Positions 1 to 11,815 of a DNA stretch of 64,000 nucleotides are shown one piece after another. A program made the translations under genes and the position numbers. The stretch's first letter is position 1, and every line of letters starts with the position of its first letter. Source of the DNA: Octopus sinensis (lineage: Eukaryota); assembly GCF_006345805.1 (NCBI RefSeq), contig NC_043002.1:99200001-99264000 (forward strand). The letters are read 5' to 3'. The notes beneath the pieces are model-generated. The model saw nothing but the letters and a program-made list of their open reading frames with translations, made no database searches and had not been told where the DNA came from.

Positions 1-220
1 CGTAGAACACAACAAGAAACGAAAATATAAAATCAAACAAGGAAACGGACTTTTTTTAACAACGAAAAAACAGTAGAAAAAACAGTACAAATAAAGAATA
101 ACAGGACAAGGAAACCAACAATAAGGGACTTTTTAGGCCTAGACGGTGGAAAATTTAGTTAGAACGCATGTGAAAAATCGGCTTGCGAAAGACAGAGAAG
201 TCGATGTATGCTTGTTGAAA
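1..220 (-). mobile_element. Penelope-like element terminal (pseudo-LTR) fragment
   Basis: Minus-strand T-rich tract ('ttttttcgttgttaaaaaaagtccgtttcc...ttttcgtttcttgttgtgttc') resembles 20960-21040, which lies next to a CTGATGA motif. The PLE assignment is inference. Confidence 0.4.
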
Positions 221-228
221 GCACGAGC

Positions 229-260
<32 letters not shown>

Positions 261-494
261 CATATATATATGTCGTTGCTATTATGTTAAACTGTCGTAT
301 GTCCAAATTTGTCAAAGAGTAGTAAAACGGTGGTGTTGCTATTGATTGGTGAAAGTAATTTTTCGTTTTCCTGAAGCGCAATGTTCTGGACTTACGACGC
401 CTTTGCATAATAGCAACTATATGCGAGGCCAGATGAATAATTATCCGGACTGGTGTCATGTAATGAAGCTAATGCACACAGAATAAAGCCGCTT

Positions 495-590
495 CGTGAA
501 ATAATGTGCCTTGCTCAAGAATACAACACACAAATCGGTCTGGGAATCGAACTCGCTAGCTCATGATTGTGAGCTCGACGCTCTAATCCT
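495..590 (-). mobile_element. tRNA-derived SINE, 5' fragment
   Basis: Minus strand reads ttagagcgtcgagctcacaatcatgag...gagttcgattccc (B-box), then gtgttgtattcttgagcaaggcac. Same family as 14680-14993. Confidence 0.75.
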
Positions 591-649
591 AACACCAAAG
601 AATAATTAAGAAGCAAGGTCTGCAAATACTTGCTCTTCAACATATACCT

Positions 650-2160
650 CGTTTTGTGGTACACTGTTATTACGACGAACCTCGTCTAATATGTGGCACT
701 TGGTGAAGAATGGAGTTTGATAATAGCTACTCTCATTTACACCTCTTGCCGTGAGGTAGGTTCATATGGGACTCTTGACAGGAAGATGTCCAGCTTTGAT
801 TTAAAAACCGCTACATCTACTTTGTAAAGTTCCTCAGACTCTTTGGGAGAATATTAAAACGCTGTGGGCCCTTGAAACATAGGCTGTTGCAGAAGCTGGT
901 CCTGAAGCGTGATGGCATTGCTGGGATCTTTGGCACTATGCAGTGTCGTCCCGTTCTAGCATTGGTGTAGCTTACAATGCCAAAATTTGGCACAATTCCT
1001 TCCATGATCTTCCAGACATATATTACTGCATACCTCTCCCGTCTTCTCTCCAGGGAGTAGAGTCTTAGCTGTTTCAACCTTTCCCAGTAGCTGAGCTGTT
1101 GCAAAGAGATGATCTTCTTTGTAAATCTTCTCTGGATTGCTTCAAGGTCCGCTGTTAATTTTACACTGGTGGATGACCATAGCTGTGAGCAGTAATCCAA
1201 GCGACTGAGGACGAATGTCCGCCAGAAGACCATCATGGCTTCCTTATCTCTGGTTCTGAATGTTCTTAGGATCCACCCAGCCAGTCGTCTGCACTTTGTC
1301 GCCATCTTGGCAATGTGCACTGGGAAAGATGTATCATCATTCATGTCGATACCCAGGTCTCTCACAGACTTAGGCTCTGGGTTTGAAATTCCCTGTGGAC
1401 CGGTGTATCCTGTAAGTTTAATATTGAGTTTTGGATGCTGGTAGCGCAGGGCCTGGAATTTTTCAGCATTAAACTGCATATTATTATCCTCAGCCCATCT
1501 GTAGATTGAGTGCAACTCCTGCTGCAGGTGTGCAACATCGCTGGGGTTCTGTATTTTCTGCGAGACTTTCGTATCGTCTGCATAGCTGGCCAGAGTGGCT
1601 ATCCGGGCATTTGAGGGCATATCTGAGAGGGCCACTATAAAAAGCAGTGGTCCCAAGACAGTGCCCTGTGGAACACCGCTCACTATTTGTGTGTTCATAG
1701 AGGTGGCTCCATTAACCACTACTGCCTGACTCCTATCTTTCAGGAAGTCATGCAACCATACTCCAAGTTTTCCAGCTATGCCAAGGTCACGTAATTTGTG
1801 GCTTATCATACCATGATCCACCTTGTCAAAAGCTTTTGCAAAATCAAGGTAGATTACGTCCACATTTGATTTGTTGAGTAACTGCCTCAACACCCAGTCA
1901 TAATGCTGTAAGAGCTGGGTCAGGCAGCTCCTACCTGGTCGAAAACCATGCTGGGTATCACTCAGCAAGTTATTTTCCTCAAGGAATGCGATTTGTTTCT
2001 TTCTGACTATCCGTTCCATGACTTTGCTGATGTGTGAAGTCAGAGAGATAGGCTTATAGTTTTTGGCATCTGCTCTACTTCCCCCTTTATGTATTGGGCA
2101 TATTATTCCCTCCTTCAGCTTACTTAGCAGTTTGCCATTCGCAAGAAAGCTCTGGAAGCT
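650..2160 (-). mobile_element. CR1/L2-group LINE, 5'-truncated; RT domain and C-terminus (ORF 817..2019, open upstream to ~2157)
   Basis: Motifs NYKPISLTSHISKVMER, QHGFRPGRSCLTQL, DVIYLDFAKAFDKVDH, GVPQGTVLGPLLF, YADDTK and LYSLERRRER. Confidence 0.93.
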
Positions 2161-2586
2161 TAATTATAGCTGAAATCATTGAAATTATTTATAACTTATA
2201 ACTTAAGTCAAACATTTATAACACAAATAAAGAATTATGAGCACATAAAATTTCAGAAAAAGTTACAAGCTATCAGAAAACAGAGTTATATGCACTTGAC
2301 TGGGACACCTTCATAACACTTTCAATAACAGTAGAGTATAAAGTTAAAGACCCAAGGCCCACACCGTAGACAGCATTGGAAAGGAAGAAAAAGAATCATG
2401 CATAGTGGTTACACTCAATCTAGAAAATTGAATACTTAGCAAGAGGAAATCTTATATCACGTTGAATGTTTACGATGTAAATATGGCAGTTAATCCTGAA
2501 GATGAGTTTAGGATGGACAGTAAATATCGTTTAAAAAGATGGAATTCAGACACACACACACTCACACACACACACGCACACACACA

Positions 2587-2627
<41 letters not shown>

Positions 2628-2899
2628 AAACACTCTCACGCACATACACACACTTACACGCACATGCACGCATACCAACACACCAAATCGCTCACCCACG
2701 CAGATACACCCATATATTTAGCCGATTGTGTCTTCAAATTATGAGGAAGAGAATACGTTTTATACGCATTGCAGTATTTTATGGCATATATTACATAACA
2801 TTGTATGAATTGCATAACATTGTCGGAGATATGTAATAAAAAATCTTCCATTTATGAAAACAATTGTAATGTCAATTTGATTTGGTTTTGGTGGGGCGG

Positions 2900-3554
2900 A
2901 CATCCGGTGAGAATGAATGTTAAAAGACTTCCTAAGCAACTTTCTTGTGGTTAGCAGGAAGATGGAATGGTTCCGGCATATAAAACCAAAATGTAGCTCA
3001 AGGCCTTCCTGAGAATTCCTCTGAAACAGACAGGAATTTCAGTTGTTGATTGGGACAGAGAAACGCATGGCTGAAACGGATGGAGGAAAAGGGTGCAGGT
3101 CGGTTGTTCGATGTTTGAAAGAGAGAACGAAGCCCCAGATTAAGTGAAGGCCTAGAAAGAATGAACCTGTGGAAAATGAGGGAGTGTTGCATTTTATGTG
3201 TATGGTTTGTGGAAGGAAATACATGAGTCACGCAAACCTAGTCAGCCATCAGAGAGCTCACAGGAATCAGCACCTTGTAAACAGTGATACGGCTATAATT
3301 CACAACAGAGCATGTGCAACCTGTGGAAAGGTCTGCCTCTCAGTTGGAAGATTGAAAAGCCATGACAAAAGAATTCATAATGTGGAATCTGCTTCGTCTG
3401 CCAGCCAGCACACTTGTGCATTATGCGATAGCATGTGAAAATCTTTGGTCTGGTCCAAGAGTCATACAAAGGCCTCACATTGCATCGTCAATGACATATT
3501 TCAACGATTGTTTCTAGCAATGGCTTCGCTCGTACACGAGAAAGCAGTTACTCT

Positions 3555-3630
<76 letters not shown>
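2900..3630 (+). mobile_element. RTE-clade LINE 3' end with three C2H2 zinc fingers and an (ACT)n tail
   Basis: Degenerate post-RT motifs VRMNVKRLPKQL and LKQTGISVVDW...WRKRVQVGCSMFE. Then CMVC-x12-HQRAH, CATC-x12-HDKRIH and CALC-x12(with stop)-HTKASH at 3199-3480. (ACT)n tail at ~3555-3630. Confidence 0.8.
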
Positions 3631-3631
<1 letters not shown>

Positions 3632-3679
3632 ATAATAATAATAATAATAATAAACACACACACACACACATAGTTGAAA

Positions 3680-4440
3680 TTTACAGGAAAACAAAAGATG
3701 AAGGCAGGTGTATGAACAACAAGCAGGTGTATTAGTTTGACGCTCAGAAAAGTTAGAAAGTATTTTACGTTTCGAGCCTACGCTCTTCAACAGAAAGGAA
3801 TAAGAGAAAATAAACAGAGAAAGAATTTTAAAAACTTGTGGATTTAGCGATCAGGCATGGCGGTTGGTTGCGAAAAAAATGGTCTGACAGGAGAGATAGA
3901 ACGAAGGGGAGATAATAAAGTATTGGAGGCAGGGGTGGTGTATGTGAAGAGAAAAGGTGAGTAGGAGTGAAGAGAATGTGTCAGAGTAAGAGAGGAGAGG
4001 TGGGTAAGAGTGAAGAGAGGAGAGGTGGGTAAGAGTGAAGAGAGGAAGTAGTATCAGGTGAAAAGAGGAGAGGAGTGGAGTTAGATAAAGAGAGGGGCGA
4101 GATGAGCTCATGTGTCGCAAATGAGCGAAGAGAGAAGATTAATTCCTGTTCACGGCGACGGCGGGTGTCCGGATGGCCTCTGTATAAAGACAATCCGAAC
4201 ACAGAAAAGTGTTGTAGTGAATGACCGGTAGATCAGGGTGTCACTGTCTAGTCTGAGGTTTCGGAGGTCTTCCGCGAACAGGTCAGCCAAGCGGCGTTCC
4301 ATCTGACCGATGGACAGAGAAGGGCAGAAAGAGCTCTTTGACCTCGAGCTCTCCTCCAATTTGTACTTAAAACGAACAATTGTTATCCAGCACGACAAGG
4401 AACATAAAACCAAAATAGATACGAAAACAATAGCGAACAT
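3680..4440 (-). mobile_element. Penelope-like element 3' part: GIY-YIG endonuclease remnant plus terminal repeat
   Basis: SLSIGQMERRLADLFAEDLRNLR (IGQTxRRLxxRFxEHLR type), then in another frame RRRREQELIFSLRSFATHELIS (R..E..LIF.L....P.GLN type). Followed by a pyrimidine-rich UTR and a hammerhead-like motif. Confidence 0.8.
3763..3796 (-). ncRNA. Minimal type I hammerhead-like motif (PLE), one core substitution
   Basis: ttt-CTGTTGA-a-GAGC(gtag)GCTC-GAAA-cg-TA-aaa. Stem II 4 bp, palindromic ACGT stem III, GUA triplet, A6->U. Confidence 0.55.
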
Positions 4441-4804
4441 TTATACTATATAGAATTTATCCCCAAAATAGATGATTATTGATGGAAGACATAAACTGAG
4501 TGCAACAGAGGTCTAACTGAAAGAAGCACTAAAAGGAAATAAAAAAACTGAAACTTTACACTGATGTATATACACAGACACACACATACAGACATACGCG
4601 CGCGCGCGCGTTTGTATACGTGCATATATTTGTGTATACCAGTCAAATTGCGGCTGTTTATTTAAAAGTTTGTAGCTATTCAATAAATACAGATCGATAA
4701 GTAAGTTTCAGACTGAAAAAAATGTCCTGGAGTTGATATGATTGACTGATCGATTGAAACGTTTGAAAGCACTGGTACGGTCCACTGAGTAAAATCACTT
4801 AGAA

Positions 4805-5265
4805 TAATAATAATTTTCTCAATTTTTGGCTCATAGCCAACAGAGTTCGGGATGGTCTTGTGCCGATTATGTTGATATTAGTACTAGATTAGCACTTCAT
4901 TTTATCAATTCCGAAATGATGGAAGGGGAAGTTGACCACGTCGGGATTCGAACATAGAAGTTTAAGAGCCGAAGCATATAACGTTTAGCGATTTTTCTGA
5001 CGCTCTCATGATGTTAATAGCCCTCTGCCTTACTAACAATGGTGGTGACAGTAATAATAATTTTGCTACAAGGGAAACCATTTTGGAGTAGGGGGTCAGT
5101 CGATTAGATCGACTTCAGTAAGCAACTGGTATTGAATTTACCGACCCCGGAAGGATGAAAGGCAGAGTCGACCTCGGGGAAATTTGAACTCAGAACATAA
5201 CGGCAGACGAAATACGGCTACGCATTTCGCCCGGCGTGCTAACGTTTCTGCCAGCTCGCCGCCTG
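4805..5265 (-). mobile_element. Two head-to-tail tRNA-derived SINE copies (octopus 'gcctttcatcctttcggggtcgataa' core family; 4805-5032 and 5075-5265)
   Basis: Minus strand ggcgagctggcagaaacgttagcacgccgggcgaaatgcgtagccg...gttctgagttcaaatt (A/B boxes), core gactctgcctttcatccttccggggtcgg, and an att-rich tail. Confidence 0.85.
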
Positions 5266-5289
5266 AACAGTAATTATAATAATGATGGC

Positions 5290-5556
5290 AAGAGCACTCA
5301 GAGAGCACAAACCTTCACGAAGGCAACAGCAACGTCTTCTCAACGATTAGCCACTGACGATTTTAAAATGAGAATATTTGAAATAAACTCGGTTGCTCTC
5401 ACAAACGAGAATATTAACCCGACCGCTCTCAAAAATTAAGTAAAGAAACAGGAAAAATAATCCAGAATCCTTGTCCGGTACGGGATCAATTTCAGAATCT
5501 AATCACTTCGTGCCAGTCACGACTGTAAACCTTTGCGTTCGCTAAGGTGGAGGTAA
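5290..5556 (+). mobile_element. HINE/DINE-1-like (Helentron-associated) non-autonomous element, internally deleted
   Basis: Starts aagagcactcagagagcacaaaccttcacgaaggc and ends ttcgctaaggtggaggtaat. The imperfect subterminal inverted motif (aacct.../...ggaggt) is the HINE pattern. Family call is from recognition only. Confidence 0.45.
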
Positions 5557-5562
5557 TAATAA

Positions 5563-5749
5563 TGATTTCAAATGTTGGCACAAGGCCAACAATTTTGAAG
5601 CAGGGGGAAAGTTGATTACATCGATCCCAGTTTTATTGACGCCGAAACGATGAAAGGCAAAGTCGACCTCGGCGGAATTTGAACTCAGAACGTAAAGACG
5701 TTCTAAAAATTGCCCGACGTTCTAAAAATTCTGCTAGCTCACCACCTTG
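5563..5749 (-). mobile_element. tRNA-derived SINE (same core family)
   Basis: Plus strand cgaaacgatgaaaggcaaagtcgacctcggcggaatttgaactcagaacg...ctagctcaccacc. Confidence 0.85.
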
Positions 5750-5750
5750 A

Positions 5751-5794
<44 letters not shown>

Positions 5795-5829
5795 AATAAA
5801 AAAATAATGATGATGGTGATGATTTATTC

Positions 5830-6765
5830 TTTTATTAGACACAAGGGCTCACATAAAATAACATTAAAACATGCAACATTAAAGACAAAAACAGGACGAT
5901 AGAATGGGTTTTTCGCGTGTACAGAATGTAATAAAAAATTGAACAAATTAAAATTCCCAATAGGGGACGAACTTTAAGGTCCTTGTGGAAAAAAACCCAC
6001 AAAAGCCACTGGGTGCCTGAAGATCAGGGCAAGGGCCCTTCTCTTTTTTACAGGTGCACGCTCAGAATTTGTCCTTTCACACCGGCTATTCTTCGAACAT
6101 TCGCCCACCTTTCAACAATTTTGCTATAAGGCAACACTTACCTCTCCACCCTCAACTTCATTTTCTAGTGAAAAGCTCTCATCAACTTTTACAAGTTGAT
6201 GGGGGCTTGGCCAAAGAGGAAAGTGTCTGTCTTTAGCCCTTTCAAACGGGTCCACCATATTACTTCTTTCGCTACAGCCACTAGACAAATAAAAATTGCC
6301 TGACCCTCCTGGCCAAAAGAGGGCAGCGTGGCAATCTTCAAAAGGGATTCAGGTGATAGCCAGATTAGTCCTACACGTGACAGCAGGTGTTCTACATAAA
6401 CCCACATGTCAGCAATACTCGGGCACTGGACTAGGGCGTACAGTACGGTTTCATCGTTCTGGGCGCACCTCGGGCAAGCCCGGCTGACAGTACTTCCGTG
6501 CCTATAAAGTTTATCCTGAACAAGCAACATCCCTCGGTAGCACTGTAAGGCAAGGGATTTCCGGAAGTTATCCATAGGCCAAGGCTCGAAAGTTCTCCGA
6601 AACAGACCGGCTAGTTGATCTTCATTGACGCCCAGAGCTTCCCCGAGAACGTCCTCGCACTTTCCATCCATTAGACCTTTATAGAACGCTAGAGTGAAAC
6701 TACCACCGATCGCTTGACAGCACTCGAGGTGCCAAGCGCTCCTCCTAGGTCTACGAATAATAATA
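5830..6765 (-). mobile_element. L1/Tx1-like LINE ORF2 C-terminus (zf-RVT-type CCHC region) and 3' UTR
   Basis: LYRHGSTVSRACPRCAQNDETVLYALVQCPSIADMW...AVAKEVIWWTR matches the L1/Tx1 C..C...ET..H.L..CP.....W motif (H->Y). aataaa near the 3' end. Confidence 0.75.
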
Positions 6766-6906
6766 ATAATAATAATAGTAATAATAATAATAATAACAAT
6801 AATAATAATAATAATAATAAAAATAATAATAATAATAATAGTGATAATAAAAATAAAAATAATAATAGTAATAATGATAATAATAATAATAATAATAATG
6901 ATAATA

Positions 6907-6938
<32 letters not shown>

Positions 6939-7045
6939 GTGATAATAAAAATAAAAATAATAATAGTAATAATAATAATAATAATAGTAATAATGATATA
7001 ATAATAATAATAATAATAATAGAAGAAGAAGAAGAAGAAGAAGAA

Positions 7046-7808
7046 GAAACAGAGGGATTTTTAATTGCAGCACAAGACCAAAGCCTCCCCACCAGAAATT
7101 ACCAAAAACATGTAATGAAAAGAAATATTACAAGTAACTGCAGAATATGTGGAGGTGGACAAGAAACAATAAATCATATTATCTCTAGCTGCCCAGTCCT
7201 GGCTAAGAAGGAATATATTCACAGACATGACAGAGTTGGAACTTACATACATTGGAAGCTATGCCAACATTATGGAATAACAACAGAAAAAAGATGGTAT
7301 AGGCACACACCAGAAAAGGTCACAGAAAACGAGAAAGCAACCATACTCTGGGATATGCCGATACACACAGATAGAGAAATTAAGGCCAACAGACCAGATA
7401 TAGTTGTCAGAGACCATGAAGAAAAAAAATGCTTTCTAATTGATGTATCAGTACCGGCAGATGACAACGTGTCTCTAAAAGAAATGGAGAAACTCTCAAA
7501 ATACAAAGACCTGGAAATAGAGGTAACTAGAATGTGGAATCTGAAAACAGAAACAATTCCTATCATAGTAGGTGCATTAGGCATGATAAAAAAATATTCA
7601 GACAAATACATAACAAAAACACCAGGACTTACAAACACATATAACATACAGAAAATTGCACTACTAGGCACTGCACACATCCTACGCAGAACACTTTCCA
7701 TACAATAACCATCAGAGCATCACAACAAATCACAGCACATACCCAAGGCACACAGAGCTGCGCTCGGTAGTGAAGTGAAAGCACGCTATAAAAATAAAAA
7801 TAAAACTA

Positions 7809-7811
<3 letters not shown>
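7046..7811 (+). mobile_element. R4/Dong-like RLE retrotransposon family A, 5'-truncated
   Basis: ETEGFLIAAQDQSLPTRNY, CRICGGGQETINHIISSC (CCHC knuckle), RHDRV, ANRPDIVV...LIDVSVP...KLSKY (PD..D..K endonuclease). Ends LRRTLSIQ*, then 3' UTR and (TAA)n. Confidence 0.93.
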
Positions 7812-7890
<79 letters not shown>

Positions 7891-8265
7891 GAAATCAGCA
7901 AAATGTGGAACCTGAAGACTAAAACAATACCTGTTGTCATAGGTGCCCTGGGAATGATAGCAAAAGGGGCTGATAGCTACCTAACTCAGATACCAGGAAA
8001 CCCAAAAATGGCAGAAATTCAAAAGATAGTGCTCATGGGAACTGCTCATATCCTACGCAAAATACTTTCTATGTAATCTCAAGGTTTAAAACAAACATTA
8101 AAAAATAAAATTTTTTTTAGACATCCACCAGTACAACACAAAAAACAACCAAATATATGGCACACTAGGCATAACAACAACGTAAACTTCCAACCTGTTG
8201 TCTCCTGAGGTCTCTGGGTGAGACTTGGGGCCAACTTGTACAAATATAAAGTAAAAGTCAAGCAT
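7891..8265 (+). mobile_element. R4/Dong-like family B 3' fragment
   Basis: EISKMWNLKTKTIPVVIGALGMI...IQKIVLMGTAHILRKILSM* (stop 8074-8076), a distinct 3' UTR, (TAA)n on both sides. Confidence 0.88.
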
Positions 8266-8297
8266 ATAATAATAATAATAATAATAATATGATAATG

Positions 8298-8331
<34 letters not shown>

Positions 8332-8384
8332 GAATAATAATAATAATAATAATAATATAATAATAATAATAATAAAATGATAAT

Positions 8385-8439
<55 letters not shown>

Positions 8440-8450
8440 TAATAATAATA

Positions 8451-8632
8451 ATCCTTTCTCCTATAGACACAAGGCCTAGACCTGAACTTTTGATGGAGGG
8501 GAATAGTCGATTTTATTGACCCCAAAGCTCAACAGGTACTTAATCTACACCGAAAGGAAGAAAAGCAAAGCTGACCTCAGCGGAATTTGTACTCAGAACA
8601 TGAAGACGGATGAAAATACTAAGCTCTCTGCC
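8451..8632 (-). mobile_element. tRNA-derived SINE whose (ATT)n tail forms the adjacent TAA array
   Basis: Minus strand ...gttctgagtacaaattccgctgaggtcagctttgc...ggccttgtgtctataggagaaaggattattatt. Confidence 0.75.
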
Positions 8633-9152
8633 TTCATAAGAATAACAAAAACAATAAGAACAATAGAGATACAAAATAATACAAAGAACCATTAAAGTCG
8701 ATGTCTCACAAAGGAATCTGTGGTAAACAGACAAGGTAGACCAAGACGTTTGAATAACTGAAAGACACTTTAAAATACACGTGCGGAAATTGAAAAAAAT
8801 ATAGGACAAAACTTTATGTGTAAATGAAGTTTAAAGTACGTTAATGCACCCAATAATTCAGTCTAGACATTTATATAAAAATATACGTTTCCACCTTGGT
8901 TGGAACGTCTACAGTATTCTTCCTTCTTCTATTGTGTGCTGGAAATACCACATCTTCCGTAAGTAGCTGCAGCGTTGATACTGGGCGCGAAAGTGATCAC
9001 GCCTTCTGGATCGTTGAAATATAATATGCGTTAGGTTCAACTCAAATTTAAAATACTATTTTGCCCTTTTACCGTTGTATTTTTTTCTGCATTTGAAATG
9101 TGATCACATTTCTTTCTCGACGCCTACTTCGTTCAGGTATTCCTTGTGCGTC

Positions 9153-9186
<34 letters not shown>

Positions 9187-9203
9187 TATATATATATATA
9201 TAT

Positions 9204-9240
<37 letters not shown>

Positions 9241-9453
9241 ATGTACACACATATATATAATATTCATTTAAAGGGATATATTATTCAGGTAGTTACTGTG
9301 TTTCCTCTTAATTCAGTAACAGATGATGGCTAACCACAACGGTCCTTTTCTGATACCAGAGCTAACAATAAGCTGTTAGGCCCTGGTAACTTTTCTCGTT
9401 TGGCAAATCAGAATTTCCTGTTCAGGACTGTAGATTTTCCGTAAAGTATGTAA

Positions 9454-9607
9454 TAGTATTAATAATGATAAGGAAAACGGAAATTTTTCATATCTCTAGC
9501 CGATGAAGTTGAAACGTGCGTAGGTCCAGTAAAGAATGCTGTAAATAACTGTTAAATAAAGTTATGGATGTGTAAAATCTCCGTTGTCCTTATCATTATT
9601 AATACTA
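9454..9607. repeat. Inverted repeat (34-bp arms, 2 mismatches) enclosing a CCGATGA...GAAACGT motif
   Basis: 9454-9487 tagtattaataatgataaggaaaacggaaatttt versus 9574-9607 aaaatctccgttgtccttatcattattaatacta. Confidence 0.85.
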
Positions 9608-9845
9608 GTATTAATAAATTATTAAATATTATTATTATTATATATATATATATTATATTAAATTAGAGATAAAACCACTATTAGGCAAATCAAACAGTGA
9701 AAATCATAAGCCATACATAGAAATAAAATTAATTAAAAAAATATAAAATATAAAAAATATAAAATTCCAAATTAAAATATTCAAATTAAAGTTAAAATTT
9801 TAAAAATTATTCAAATGATTTAAACTTATAAATTTTAAATATATA

Positions 9846-9877
<32 letters not shown>

Positions 9878-10698
9878 TTTATTATTATTATTTTTTTTTA
9901 ATTATATGACTATCAAAAAGTATTAGAAGTTTAATATAAGATAAAGAGTAGAAACACAACGATCGTTTCATGCCTGTAACCAATTCGAATAACAATAATT
10001 TAAATTCAATTAATAATTCGAATTATGGTTACAGTCAATCTTCAGGTTAATTGTAATATTTTAATAAATAATCAGAAATATTTAAACAATATTTTAAAGA
10101 AATAAATAATATAATAATTTTACTTATAAAAAACTCTATTATCAAACTAGAAACTTAACGATTATGATTATATCAAAACATCGATTATAACGTTAAATAT
10201 TAATTTTAATTTTTAAGTATTAATTTTTAAGGTAAGAAACCCACCAATAATCTAATATCAGTAATAGTCAATATCTAATTACATAAATATTTTATATTTT
10301 ACAAAAAAACTATTATATTATTAAAAATATAAAATTTAAATAATATATAAATTATCAATGAAAATATATAAATGTATATAAATATTTAAATTAAGATCTA
10401 AAATAATCTCTATAAATAAATATATAAGCACATATAATAAAGACCTAATGAATTAATTTTTCATATTTAAAGATGAAATAGCTAATTTCAAAAATACAAA
10501 CAAACAATCTTAAACTAACGCTACAGCAAATTAACTATCTTTATATCTCGTTGGCTAAATGATAACTTTCAGAAATCTTATATTTAAAATACCTAAAGAA
10601 ATAATCAATTCGTAGTTATATAGTATCAAATAAATACTATAAATACATTTATCAATGGGAATAATAAAACTAGCAAATATCAATTTAAAAAGACAATA

Positions 10699-11814
<1,116 letters not shown>

Positions 11815-11815
<1 letters not shown>

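Noticed and set aside
3169-3480. Host C2H2 zinc-finger gene
   Set aside because: Embedded in RTE post-RT sequence, contains a stop, and ends in an (ACT)n LINE tail.
6189-7073. 294-aa ORF as a host gene
   Set aside because: The N-terminal half is translated (ATT/CTT)n and the rest is an L1/Tx1 ORF2 fragment, so the fusion is fortuitous.
9620-10680. Very AT-rich 1-kb stretch as an organellar insertion or PLE ORF
   Set aside because: No recognisable mitochondrial gene or RT/EN motif. It is probably a decayed repeat but cannot be assigned.
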